A stretch of DNA of 63,505 bases, filler included, from Octopus bimaculoides (GCF_001194135.2; 5 parts of 4 records of this genome joined end to end with filler, not necessarily neighbours in it); one strand, 5' to 3'; positions 37,440 to 51,047 are shown, counted from the first letter of the whole stretch. Notes: generated by a model from the sequence alone, not told the origin. Program-made: numbers and translations.

Positions 37440-37708
37440 TCATTACAATTCTATTTCTCCAGACGTTTTCAGGTTCTGGCCAGATGGCAGTCTTTCAATT
37501 AAAACTCGTGGAGAGTTGCAGCACTCTTCATCTGGTTCTTTATTTCCTTGTCTTATATCTAGGTCATTTTCCGCATGATCTCAATGAAAATCAAAGAATT
37601 CGGCCTTTTTGAAGTGCGCTCGATGCTCTTTCTGCGAAACACTAATGATCCTTTTCTTGACCGAATAGTCACTTGTGAAGAAAAGTGGATCCTTTATGAT
37701 AACCGTAA
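37440..37708 (+). mobile_element. Mariner transposase internal fragment
   Basis: PHDLNENQRIR and FLRNTNDPFLDRIVTCEEKWILYDNR. Confidence 0.8.
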
Positions 37709-37709
37709 T

Positions 37710-38070
37710 GGTCGAGTAGCCCATCCCGCTCAAAAGGTTCCTGAATAAGGGTTGTTTAAGGATGTTGAACAAAACACCCATGTTTCCAATGATGAATTAT
37801 CCAAACCCCAAAGAATTCCTCTCCACACTTGGCTATGATGCTTCCCCACTACTTCTGCTTGTGATCAGAGATGTTCATATCATCAACCACCAAGGGACAT
37901 GCTCAACTGGTTATGGTCAAGCAACTGACAAGCAAATATGTGGTATTGAGCAGAATATTTACTGTAGCCCATATCTTATACCAAGACAAAACAATATACA
38001 TGATAATACTTCCAGTCAGTTAAGATAGGAAGCCATAAAAGCCACTGCTTGGTAATATATCAGGGCATTT
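37710..38070 (-). mobile_element. Unclassified ~550-bp element, copy 3 (5' part)
   Basis: Homologous to 33015-33365; its 5' end abuts (TTC)n(TTA)n at 38074-38177. Confidence 0.8.
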
Positions 38071-38093
38071 GATTCTTCTTCTTCTTCTTCTTC

Positions 38094-38178
<85 letters not shown>

Positions 38179-38940
38179 ATATCATGNNNNNNNNNNNNNN
38201 NNNNNNNNNNNNNNNNNNNNNNNNNNNNNNNNNNNNNNNNNNNNNNNNNNNNNNNNNNNNNNNNNNNNNNNNNNNNNNNNNNNNNNNNNNNNNNNNNNNN
38301 NNNNNNNNNNNNNNNNNNNNNNNNNNNNNNNNNNNNNNNNNNNNNNNNNNNNNNNNNNNNNNNNNNNNNNNNNNNNNNNNNNNNNNNNNNNNNNNNNNNN
38401 NNNNNNNNNNNNNNNNNNNNNNNNNNNNNNNNNNNNNNNNNNNNNNNNNNNNNNNNNNNNNNNNNNNNNNNNNNNNNNNNNNNNNNNNNNNNNNNNNNNN
38501 NNNNNNNNNNNNNNNNNNNNNNNNNNNNNNNNNNNNNNNNNNNNNNNNNNNNNNNNNNNNNNNNNNNNNNNNNNNNNNNNNNNNNNNNNNNNNNNNNNNN
38601 NNNNNNNNNNNNNNNNNNNNNNNNNNNNNNNNNNNNNNNNNNNNNNNNNNNNNNNNNNNNNNNNNNNNNNNNNNNNNNNNNNNNNNNNNNNNNNNNNNNN
38701 NNNNNNNNNNNNNNNNNNNNNNNNNNNNNNNNNNNNNNNNNNNNNNNNNNNNNNNNNNNNNNNNNNNNNNNNNNNNNNNNNNNNNNNNNNNNNNNNNNNN
38801 NNNNNNNNNNNNNNNNNNNNNNNNNNNNNNNNNNNNNNNNNNNNNNNNNNNNNNNNNNNNNNNNNNNNNNNNNNNNNNNNNNNNNNNNNNNNNNNNNNNN
38901 NNNNNNNNNNNNNNNNNNNNNNNNNNNNNNNNNNNNNNNN

Positions 38941-39020
38941 TCTTCTTCTTCTTCTTCGCATTTGTTAGGTAGATTGATTTCTTGTTTGTATTTGTCAGCT
39001 TCCTTAAATACTGAAAACAG

Positions 39021-39021
<1 letters not shown>
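38941..39021 (-). mobile_element. R4-like fragment starting at (TAA)n
   Basis: Minus translation KLFSVFKEADKYKQEI directly after (TAA)n; runs into a gap. Confidence 0.45.
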
Positions 39022-39082
<61 letters not shown>

Positions 39083-39390
39083 ATATCATGAAGGTAATGC
39101 ATTCACATCATGCTATAACAATTAGAAGTATGTTATTAGGGTTTTATGTACAACATACATAACGTTATAAATTATATTACAGGATAGAAATCACATAAGA
39201 TCAGTGCTGATGCAACAATGTTAATCGCAGAGTTAGTAGGCTATTGTATTTCTCATATATAAGATGTTAATTAGCGCGTGTTACGTTTAACAAAAATAAT
39301 ATCAGTCAATACGTACATAAGTATGCATTTCCATATCATAAAGTTAGTTACAGTGGCATTGGTTAATAGATACAGATATATCTCATATAT

Positions 39391-39740
39391 CTTTCTTTAT
39401 ATTTCATCATTTACTGGTTTGAACTACAGGTTGATATTAACCTGGAGCACAGCCTTTCAGTGTGATTGGGTTTTCCTTCTCTACAGTTTCAGGTGAAGTA
39501 GCGAGGTGGACAGAAGTTCTTCTTTTCTGTGCCTCCTGCCGCAATGTGGGTCCATCTCCTCTTTATGTGCCTCCTACTGCGATGCGGGTTCAACTGGCAT
39601 CTCATAAAAAACTTTCTATGCGCTCTTTGAAGACCTCCACAGAGCGCAGATCTCTGAGGCTGATAGGCAGAATGGCGAATAATCGTGAAGACTTGAAAAC
39701 CAAGCTGTTACAGTATTGGGAACCTATGATATAGAAAATG
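39391..39740 (-). mobile_element. CR1-like LINE 3' end
   Basis: Minus translation SQYCNSLVFKSSRLFAILPISLRDLRSVEVFKERIESFL, then the tail aaggctgtgctccagg...aaaccagtaaa. Confidence 0.65.
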
Positions 39741-39811
39741 GGAACATGGGTACTTTACTGTGCAGTTCTTTTCTGTCAACACGTTAGAAGGTTAATCAAC
39801 ATTAAATATAT

Positions 39812-39854
<43 letters not shown>

Positions 39855-39949
39855 CGAAGATATTCAAACTCTGAAGGTAAGGAGACAGGATAATCATAAT
39901 TGGAATGCCTTTGATCATAGTTTTGCGCCATCGATGTTGTAGAACGGTA

Positions 39950-40114
39950 ATGGACCCACGTCGCAGCAAGAGGAACAGAAAAGAAGAACTTCTGTCCACC
40001 TCGCTACTTCACCTGCAACTGTAGAGAAGGAAAACCCAATCACACTGAAAGGCTGTGCTCCAGGTTAATATCAACCTGTAGTTCAAACCAGTAAATGATG
40101 AAATATAAAGAAAG
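39950..40114 (+). mobile_element. Inverted copy of the CR1-like 3' end
   Basis: Reverse complement of 39391-39555; the outer ~140 bp differ at one position by my alignment. Confidence 0.8.
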
Positions 40115-40642
40115 AGTTATACACCAAAAAAATGACCTATCGTCCATTACCGTTCTACTACAAATTTATAACCTTATACCAATATATAATGGTAATACTT
40201 TGTCTTCAGGATTTTAGGGCTGGCTCATGAGTTTCTACCTTTCATTAGGGCCCATCTAAGTCATTCGTTTCTCTACTTTTTGTCACCCAGATTGTGTCCA
40301 CCTCCTTCAAACGTGCCCAAATGACTCACCCATACTTTTCTCTACAGAATTTCCTTCTTCTACAATTCTTTTCTTCTGCGTATCTGTCATGCGGCTTCCA
40401 AATCGCAGCTGATAAATGGCAGTAAATATAAATGGCAGTAGTCACATTGATGGGTTATGAAGGATATACACATAACCAACTCCCTCGCATGAAGACATGA
40501 TATACCGTGGTATATATATATATATATTGGTGTATGCGTTTGTGTGTATGTGTGTAGCTATGTATATATGACCTGCTACCTCCAAATCGCAGCTACTGAA
40601 GATAAATAGCAGTAGTCACATTGGTGAGTTATGAAGGATATA

Positions 40643-41060
40643 GGCGCAAGACTGGCATAGGTGCAGGACTGGCTGTGTGGTAAGTAGCTTGCTTACCAAC
40701 CATATGGTCCGGGTTCAGTCCCACTGCGTGGCACCTTGGGCAAATGTCTTCTACTATAGCCTCAGGCCGACCAAAGCCTTGTGAGTTGATTTGGTTCACA
40801 GAAACTGAAAGAAGCTTGTCGTATATATGTATATATATTTGTGTGCTTGTGTGTCTGTTTGTCCCCCCCAAAATCGCTTGACAACCGATGCTGGTGTGTT
40901 TATGTCCCTGTAACGTAGCGGTTCGGCAAAAGCAACCGATAGAATAAGTACTAGGCTTACAAAGAGTAAGTCCTGGGGTCGATGTGCTCGACTAAAGGCG
41001 GTGCTCCAGCATGGCCGCAGTCAAATGCCTGAAACAAGTAAAAGAGTAAAAGAGTAAAGA
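40643..41060 (+). mobile_element. Full-length tRNA-SINE with TSD
   Basis: Head ggtgcaggactggctgtgtggtaag...gggttcagtccc, core accttgggcaaatgtcttc, internal microsatellite, tail (AAGAGTA)n; TSD GATATA at 40637-40642 and 41061-41066. Confidence 0.92.
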
Positions 41061-41822
41061 GATATACATATAACCAATTCCTTCGCATGAAGACAGGATA
41101 TACAGTGGTATATGTATAGATGTGTGCGTGCATTTGCATGTGTGTATTCGTAAGGAATGGGTAAAAAGAAGTAAAAGGTTAATTTGCCTTCAGCTATCTC
41201 GCAAAGGATTCAAACAGTTTCGATGCCCTTAGATAGGACTCTACCAGAATCAACAAACAATTGGATAAGCTTGTTAGGTAATTGTTATTATTGGAGACGA
41301 TGTAAAATACAGAGAAAATATAAAATGGAATTTGGGCAACTGGGACAGAGATAAAACAATGACAATGAAGAGAAACATGGTAAAAACTAGCCATTAATAT
41401 AGGAAAAGGGAAACATAGGTCTACTTACGATGAAATTAAATAAAACATTAGTCTTTGTTGATAAATAAAACATCAGGTAATTATGATGAAAATAAACACA
41501 AGACAACGCAATAGAAGTGCAACAAGTGCATTGATATAGAATTATAAACGACAACATGCTATGACAATGTTTTTTAAGTAAAATAATGGGTAACTGAAAG
41601 AATATATCCGCTTGTTTCGTGATATCTCTCTATCTCTCTATCTATTCATCAATCTATCTACCTATGTACACATACATACATACATACATACATACATAGA
41701 TACATACATACATACACACATACATACATACGTACAGACATACACACATACATACATNNNNNNNNNNTATATATACTTATACACACACTCATATGCATAT
41801 AAATATACATACATATATATAT

Positions 41823-41855
<33 letters not shown>

Positions 41856-42741
41856 GATAGATAGATATATGTATATGTATGTATGTATAAACACGTACAT
41901 CTTTATTCATATATATATATACACATTCATTATATGTGTGTGTACGTGTGAGTGCGTGTGTGTGTGTGTGTGAGTGTCTGTGTGTGTCTGTGTGTGTCTG
42001 TGTCTGTGCGTGTGTGTCTGTGTGTGGTTTATGATATATGGTATATATATATATATATTTGCATTACCCTCTGCTCACTAAATGGAAGTTAATTCAAACA
42101 ATTTTCAGTATATCATTTTGGCTTTATGTTTTGAAGATTCCAAGTCGATAACAATAATGTCTAAATAATGTCTTCCCGTTCCGTTATCATACATATTCCA
42201 GTCGCATAGTTGCTTTATTCTCCTTCTATTGCGTGGTTTTCATTGAAAATCTGCGACAGATTTCTAAATTTGAGTGTGAGTGTAAATATGTTTGCGTTTT
42301 TATATGTTTGGAAGGAGAGTCAATGTGTGTGTTGTGTGTGTGTGACTGTGTGGTAAGTGGACATTTTTTACGTTCTCTTTTCCTAGTAAATATGTATTGA
42401 TCAATGTAACGTGGTATTAAACTATAGATGGCACACTATATATATATATATATATATACATAAAGGGAGAGAGAGAGACTGGCGGAGAAGAAAAAATATA
42501 GATATAGATACATATATATAAACACATGTATATATATATGTGTATGTATATATATCTCCGTATATACATATACGTATATATATTATATATACATTATACA
42601 TATATATATATACATATTAATATATATGTATATGTGTACACATATATAAATACATACTTACATACATAAATATATATATATATATGTATAATAATATGCA
42701 TATAAATATGTATGTAAATATATGTTTGTCAATTTTTCCAA

Positions 42742-42970
42742 GTTACTTGTTTCCTTTGTTGGACTGCTGCTATGCTGGGGTACCAACACAAAGGATTTTG
42801 TTTGAACAAATCGACCCCAGCATATATTTCAAAGTTGAACTGTTAAGTTAGACTGACATAAAGAAACAACAGCGTTTATCAAAAAGTCTCTAAGGCAAGC
42901 ATAGACAGAAAGACACTAATATTGACATGTATATATTCGACGGGATTCCTCACAGTTTTCTTCTAGCAAA
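42742..42970 (-). mobile_element. Decayed tRNA-SINE
   Basis: ttacttgtttc...ggactgctgctatgctgggg...aacaaatcgaccccag. Confidence 0.6.
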
Positions 42971-43149
42971 TTTATATATATATATATACATATATCTTTT
43001 TTTCCCTTTGCTGGTTTGAGCTTAGTATATGAGAATACTTAACAAAAAAAATAGAATTAAAGAAATTAACCAGCAGTATCGAGAGTACACTTTATTGCAA
43101 AAATCATTGAAAATACTAATTTCAAAACTTATACAAAACGACGTGGAAG

Positions 43150-44240
43150 TGAATCCGCTTTTGTTTCCTTTTCACCGACCATATAAGATCTATTTGTGTT
43201 CTTAAGAAACGGCTCTTGTTAATTTACAGTGTGATATTGAATTAGTATCTTAAACTGGTATCGTATCGGTTGTAATTTTCCTTCAATGGAGTACACCGTT
43301 TGAAAGTCGTCATCTTCATTCGCATTACGCCGTCCATAATATTTTGGTTCGTTGAATCATTCTTGATTTGCGCGAAGGCACCGGGTTTTGCGTGATAAGG
43401 CCACTTGTAAACTATTGCTGATATTTGACTACAGAGTAGCGCAGGGTCCAGTACTTCGCCATGCGGTATATACATTATATAACGTGCCATTAATTATTTT
43501 GGAGACCTAAAAGTTGAAACTCAGTGTTCACGAAGACGGCACAGATTTACATGCATTCTTCTATACCCACGATTTACTTAATTACGGTTCTTTGCTGTCA
43601 GTTTGTTTGAATTACAACCTAAGCGGATTCACATCCAACAAACTGAAGTGTAACGCAAATAAAATTGAGATATACTTGTGTGGTTTGTACAATAATCTAA
43701 GTAGAGTATGAATATCTACAAAAAACGTTTATGCAACTTACGATTATCACAAAAGGCAGTGTTTAGAGGTAAGTTTTGATTGTTACTTATAATGATTACA
43801 TTGGACATATTCTCAAGGAAAGCTTATTCTATATGAATAGTCTTAATAGGATTACGACATTTCTATGCAAAGACAATGCCAAATATCTGCTTCACTGTTT
43901 TATCACTGGCAATCTGGATTATTGCAATATGTTTTGAATGGAATTAAAAAAAGAAACACAAATGAAGAAACTTCAAATCATTCAAAATATTTGTGTTCGC
44001 TTTGTTAAAAGACTATGCATATGCAAATACATTATACCATGATTAATTTAACTTTATTGGTTATCTAACTATTTTCTAATTGAATTCAAATTCATAAATG
44101 TGTGTTTGGTGTTGTAGCAAAATATGCAAAGAGCTTTTTTTTTCAACCACAGAATCTTAGGTCAGATTCAACAATTGTGATCTTCTACCTCGCCAGTAAC
44201 CATCCATATATTGGAGTTATTTGAATATATCACCCCTCAG
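43150..44240 (+). mobile_element. Ancient L2-like LINE RT remnant
   Basis: VAQGPVLRHAVYTLYNVPL (cf. GVPQGSVLGP.L..LY..PL), KCNANKIE, ITGNLDYCNM and QMKKLQIIQNICVRFVKR; heavily decayed. Confidence 0.6.
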
Positions 44241-44645
44241 GCTTCAGGAATTCATTGCTAACCCTTATTATTCATTGCTAACCGATATTATTTGTACTAC
44301 CTGTTTTGGCGGGGGTTATTTTTTTCTGTTAGGAGCTCAATACCCCGCAAAAACAGCACAAAAAAACGTATGCTTGTTTCTCAATAAATGAAGAAAAAAT
44401 CATTTGTCGTATAACCATTCGTTTTCACGTTGCATAAGGATTTATTTCAATCTATACATATGGTAGGAGTGCATTATATGCACTGAGCTGTGTTAAACTT
44501 TAATTAAGAGTTGCAGGTGTATGTACAAGGTGGTGCCACAACATAGCTAATAGCTGAAGTAAGTATAAGATGGAAAGAGATACACACATAGAGATATCGA
44601 ATGGATATATATATATATATATTTATTCGTATATATATTTATTCG

Positions 44646-44676
<31 letters not shown>

Positions 44677-44771
44677 ATATATATATTTATATGTATATAT
44701 ATATACATATATATATGTATGTATATACATATATATGTGTACATATATAAATAAATATATATAAATATGCG

Positions 44772-44802
<31 letters not shown>

Positions 44803-44803
<1 letters not shown>

Positions 44804-45061
44804 AGGAAACCATGATGATCCTCTGGAGGACATTCGTCCTCAGCCGCCTGGATTACTGCTCACAGCTGTGGTCACCCACCAGTCTGAAATTAACAGCAGA
44901 CCTTGAAGCAATCCAGAGGAGATTCACAAAGAAGATTGACTCTTTGCAACTGCTCAGCTACTGGGAAAGGCTGAAATAGCTAAGACTCTACTCCCTGGCG
45001 AGAAGGCGGGAGAGGTATGCGATAATATACATCTGGAAGATCCTGGAAGGAATTGTGCCAA
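44803..45061 (+). mobile_element. CR1-like LINE fragment
   Basis: [20 protein letters not shown]...LEAIQRRFTKKI...SYWERLK*LRLYSLARRRERYAIIYIWKILEGIVP. Confidence 0.88.
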
Positions 45062-45161
45062 NNNNNNNNNNNNNNNNNNNNNNNNNNNNNNNNNNNNNNN
45101 NNNNNTTAATTAATTAANNNNNNNNNNNNNNNNNNNNNNNNNNNNNNNNNNNNNNNNNNNN

Positions 45162-45217
<56 letters not shown>

Positions 45218-45239
45218 ACGTGTGTGTGTGATATACCTC

Positions 45240-45440
45240 TGTGGTGTCTTTGTGTGTGTCTGCTTGCACGCCCAATCGTTTGACAAACGGAGTTGATTGG
45301 CTTACGTCTCTGTAACGTAGAGATCCGGTAAAAAGACCAAGCTTTAAAATCGATAAATACAGGAGTCGATTCGTTCGCCTAATCCCTTGGAAGCAGTACC
45401 CCACCATGGATGCTGTCTAGTGACTGAGAGAAGTGAAAGA
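45240..45440 (+). mobile_element. Decayed SINE 3' half
   Basis: aatcgtttgacaaacgg...gtaacgtagagatccggtaaaaagacc...ggagtcgattcgttcg...ccaccatgg. Confidence 0.6.
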
Positions 45441-46742
45441 TAAATGATATTTATGATGGAAAAGATAGAAATGTGCAGCTGAAACGCATTTCTGAGGTTA
45501 CAGAAATAAAATTTTGAAACTAAGCTATCGACATTAAAACTGGAAGAGTTTAGAGATTATCCAGCAGCACAAAATTAAATAGTTTTCAATAGATATATTG
45601 TTGTGCATTTATGCGTATATACTTATATTTATAAATCTGTCTTGGTGCAAGAGGGTTTGTGTGTGAGTGTGTTTTGTATACATTAACATTTTTTTTTCAG
45701 AGTGCATCGTGATCAGAGATATCTTACCTTTTATTTGTATATATCGGCAGATTTAATGACATAAGTTCACAGGCTGTTTCTATTTGCGAAATGTAGAGCC
45801 TTATAATAACATTACAGCACAAATATCGATTGAAATGGTTTTGCATTCATCTTGTTGTTTAATTAGGGAACTTAGCAGCATATTGTTTGTGTAAAAATAA
45901 TTTCTAACACAGCACAATTGTTTAATAAACAATTGGTGTCGTTGTTTAGCTGTTCATTCTTTTTGATACAACATTCTATTGAAATACATTTTTGTTCATT
46001 ATTATATTACAATGAATGTCTATCAAAATAGCCATTGATACCGTAGTTCTTTATTGCAATTACAATCTGAAAATATTTCATATAATGACCATTATTCGGA
46101 AACAGGCATTTTGGAAATCTTTCTAAGGTGTTCATTTATATTATCAATGTTTACTTTTGGTTGATTTGTTTGGAACGCCTCTCCTAATAAATGATGAAAT
46201 GTAATGCAGTATTTACTGTTTACTTTCATATAAAATATGTGTTGGTGAGATGATGATTCGTTAACGCTTTAGAAACTATTCAATAAAGAGTTTCATGACA
46301 TCTTATGCCATCACTGTTACAGTATCGAATAAATTATTTTATTAAATCGAGATATCTACTGTTTCCTCTTCAATGGAAATAGAATACAAAAGACACACCA
46401 CGTAAATGTAGGAAGAGTCTTTTGGACAAATATCAACGGTTTCCATACATTTAGGCGAGATAAATAATAAACTACATGAATAAGTAAATAATTTTGTACG
46501 AATTCAAATATACTCCCATCATAGATATCACTTAACAGATAAGAAACATTCAAAGTATCAAACACGAATTATTGGTTTCTGTGATATTTACATTCATATG
46601 TAAATGGTGGGGGGATTTGGGAGTGTTGTTGCTGAGAAATAACCAAGAAATAATCAGATGTATGTCGTTTACTTCTTATATATGTGTATATATATCTATT
46701 TATACATATAAACACACACAAACACACACAAACACACACATA

Positions 46743-46818
<76 letters not shown>

Positions 46819-47047
46819 AGAATACAAACTGAACTGATCTGATTTTGTAGTAAACAATGACAGTGCCCCATACTCACTTGGCTATTGTTGAGTTTAATAA
46901 TAATATGTTATATATAAAGTAAACAGAATTTTATACCCAACCTAAAGATTCATTCGACAAGCATTCTGGCCTATTCAAAATTAGTATTCGTTAATACTCA
47001 AATCATTTAATTCTTTATCAATGTTCAAAATTTGCCCCACAACTTAC

Positions 47048-47102
47048 CGTTGATGCAATATGTAATGTCTAAAAGAATTGAAGATCAGCTTCAGGCCAAT
47101 GT
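47048..47102 (-). CDS. Candidate 55-bp internal exon
   Basis: Acceptor ttttattttgacag and donor CG|gtaagt; one open frame (D)IGLKLIFNSFRHYILHQ(R). Could be non-coding or a pseudo-exon. Confidence 0.35.
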
Positions 47103-47634
47103 CTGTCAAAATAAAACAATTCGATATTAATGTAATTTCATTAATATTTTTGTATCCAATGGAAAACTCCACACTTGGCTAATCTGTCGATTCGTTTTAA
47201 TGGTTAACAAAGACATCCGTCCAGAGGAACTATTAGCTCATTGGGCCTATTAATTCCATAGGTCTAAATAATATTGCATTCATTTCTGAAAGAACATGTG
47301 GTATATTTAATGTATTTGCACTAGCTCACATATAAACTTTTTAACACTGTAATTAGCTCAGTACTTCTGAATCGGATTGAACAACTCTTCTTAACATCAA
47401 CCTAATCTGATGGGTTTAACGTACCTTGTGTTATTCCTCTCACCCGAGCTTCACCTGCAATACACAATATCTTTTTTTAAACCACCGCCTTTTAAATCTT
47501 AATTTTTTTCTCTTTCCTAAGACCAAACACGCGTTTTCTTCATGTTCTTTGATGCCTAACACCAATTTTCATCTCTATATTCTACATCATTTCTTCTTTC
47601 ACTTTCATGAGCATTGATCGCTAGAAAATAGCAA

Positions 47635-47674
<40 letters not shown>

Positions 47675-47688
47675 ACGCTATGTATCTA

Positions 47689-47751
<63 letters not shown>

Positions 47752-47861
47752 NNNNNNNNNNNNNNNNNNNNNNNNNNNNNNNNNNNNNNNNNNNNNNNNN
47801 NNNNNNNNNNNNNNNNNNNNNNNNNNNNNNNNNNNNNNNNNNNNNNNNNNNNNNNNNNNNN

Positions 47862-47992
<131 letters not shown>

Positions 47993-48259
47993 TGTATTAT
48001 AAATCTTACTACAAAAGAAATCTCAGGTTATGAGTGAGAAAATATGTTTTTACAGTTTTTTAATATGAGATATCGGTAGTGGAATTATTTGCCTTGTACC
48101 CTGAAGCGCTTCATTGAATCAACAGGAAATAATCTAAGATCTGGCAACGCAGTAACATCATTATAATGGCAATCCACGAGAGCTGCATTGAGAAATGGTT
48201 TTCATAAATATATACGGAGACCTCAATAGCAAGAGACATCAAACGTAAGAGGATTATTC

Positions 48260-48292
<33 letters not shown>

Positions 48293-48302
48293 NNNNNNNN
48301 NN

Positions 48303-48345
<43 letters not shown>

Positions 48346-48529
48346 AAGATATGAATATTTATTTGTCATAAAGACATATTCTAAATAAATGTTGATACAT
48401 ACGCGAAACCTCCGATTCAAATCAATGAAGCAGTTTTCTACTTATTCGTTTGTTCTGAGTTCCGCATATAAGACAGAGGCTCCATTGTATGTGATGTTGA
48501 TTACTGACAGTATATTTTAATATTGAATA

Positions 48530-48790
48530 CTATGGAGTGCCGTGGAGGTTTATGCGCTCATGGTCATTAAGTTATTAGTTCGTGTGTCTGACCGGACGCT
48601 GTGTTATTTCCCTGAGCAATGCCCTTCACTTCACTTTGCTCCCGTACACTCAGCTAAAATATATATGATACTTGAATATTAACCTTGCGACAGAACAGAA
48701 GCCTTTTGAAGGGAAGTCAGTACCGTACACTGTTCCTAAACACCTTGAAAGTCCAGAAAATCTCTGGTATCACATGCTTATAGACTCGAG
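48530..48790 (+). mobile_element. Ancient tRNA-SINE (V/Meta-type core)
   Basis: Degenerate tRNA head, then gtgttatttccctgagcaatgcccttcacttcactttgctcccgtacactcagct, resembling the ccttgagcaaggcactt...ttgctcc...cccagctg core. Confidence 0.5.
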
Positions 48791-50835
48791 GCAAACGGAG
48801 GGGCAATAATATACAAAGGTTTAGATTACATGATGGTTTGTGTGAGATGCAATATCGGAAATACTTTATGAGAGTTTAGAATTAATGTGCACATAAGTAT
48901 CAAGTTTATCATGGCTTTATACCGCCTTGATAATCTTATACAAAATATAAAATATTAGAGACTCTTCTTTCTCTTTCTCATAAATGGCATTTAATTGATC
49001 GAAATCTAGATGTAGATAATAATTCTTAGACACCTTTAATAGCATGTAATAGAATTTCAACATTGTTTAATAATAACTACCATTACAGTGGATGAAAAAT
49101 AAAATGTAATGAATATTTTTCAAACAGATTTGAAATGTAATTTTTACAAATAAACGCCAAATGATAGTATGTTCAAGTTATTAACCAAACGCAATGAACA
49201 TTTGTCACGAAACAAACCAATTCTTTGGTGGGAAATATTTCCATTTCTCAATTTCTATATTACAGTTTAAATCTTATGATTAAACAATTGCTCAAAGGGA
49301 AAAAAGATTTTCCAGTCTAGTTGAGATTTTTCTCTCATCGCTTGAATTTAAAACTTCAAACAGGAATATTCTGATCCCATTTTCAGTCCACGCCGCACAT
49401 TAATGTAAACGTACATGTTAAGGAGGTTTCGACTGATCCGAAACACATCATCCATAACAAACATCAGAAAATTCTTTGTTTGTGATAAAGTTCATGGACC
49501 CCAGAAGTATGGAGGTGAAAGTAATGCAATAGTGAAATATGAATACATTTGGATATTTTTGCTGTAACGTATGTAACAAGGGAAATAAATAATCAAAGCC
49601 AAATCATATACCAAATATTTTGAAAGATGCTCACTATATCTTTCTAAAAATATATAACAAATGACCTGTGGTCAAATAAATACATAAACCACAAATATGA
49701 ATATGTCGAACATACTGAAATAACTTAATATTATGAAGCCGTTATTAAAATACTTGAAATGTTGACAAAATTCACCAAAATCAATAAGAAAAAAGACAGA
49801 CGAAAGTTATATGAAATTTTGTGAAAAAACGAAGATCTGTTTATTTTCAATTTTAGCTAGAAATTTGGATATTAATCTTTTTCCAATTTGATATCAAATA
49901 ATTATGGATAAAGAATTAAGTAAATATTGAGGAATATAAAAGTAACATCGAAAAACAAATTGTTTTGGTACTAACTTGATGAGAAGTATCTCTTCAGAAT
50001 GTAACTGTTTTATTTTTATGATTACATTTTCTTTCTATTCAGTAAAATAAATTTAGTTTCTTTCTATTGTGTTCAAGGCCATAAAAGAGAGAAGTGGAAA
50101 TTAGAAGTTGTTTCATTTCTCCAAATTCTTAAGTAAAATAATGAATTGAAACCAGCAGGTGATTGCTTGATTGGTTTACACAACACTCACCAAATTTAAT
50201 GAGATATGAATATAAATCTGATGTAGTTACAACTGTCCTTAGTGTTCTCTATCTTAAGTTTCTGATTTCAAAGCCAAGCAAATTCGTCTATTGGAGAGGA
50301 CTGTTCTGATGACGAGAAAGAACTTGATTTGTGTCAGTTGTTTTAAAATATTTAGGAAACGGAGAAGTTCATTTTCAGTTTCGCATTTCAAGACATTTTT
50401 TAATGCAATATTTCGCCAGCTATGTCGTGTAAATTAGTTTCCATCACAGCATAAACGTAGAAGAATAAGCGGGACTGCTTAAGCGATTATTAAATTATTA
50501 ATAAGAATCTTTAAAATCACATTGTTTCTTAAAGCATTAGTCTGCTCTTGATATTAATTTACTTAATTTTGTATGAATCTAGTAAAAACAGAAGCCTACA
50601 GGACAATGAATATGGGTCTAATATGTGGTTAGCGCTTGTACTTTTACATTTTCAGACTTTAATTCTTGGTTAAATGATAATTATAGTAGCTGTGTTAGTG
50701 ATGATAATGATCATGCTGATATCAATGATGGTAATTATGACAGCAACCAATTATTGATAAAGATATTAATGATAAAATAAACAAAAAAGAACAACAAATG
50801 ATCGTGATAGTAATGTTGCAGTTATCATTAATAAT

Positions 50836-51047
50836 ATTGGCTTCAAATGTTGGCACGAGGCAAGCAGATTTGGAAGAGGAGGTAAGTCGATTACATCGAC
50901 CCCAGTACTCAGCTGGTACTTATTTTATTGACCTCGGAAAGATGAAAGGCAAAATCGACATCGGCAACATTTGAACACAGAAGGACGGAAGAAAAACCGG
51001 TAAGCATTCTATCCGGCGTGCCAACGATTCTGTCTTCTTGCCGCCTT
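50836..51047 (-). mobile_element. tRNA-SINE (Deu/Nin-like core)
   Basis: tcgattacatcgaccccagtac...gatgaaaggcaaaatcgac...atttgaac...ccgcctta. Confidence 0.8.

Noticed and set aside
46356-46565. 69-aa hydrophobic minus-strand ORF
   Set aside because: Expected by chance in AT-rich DNA; no splice or homology support.
50185-50320. Donor G|GTGAGT with an upstream acceptor on the minus strand
   Set aside because: All three frames contain stops.
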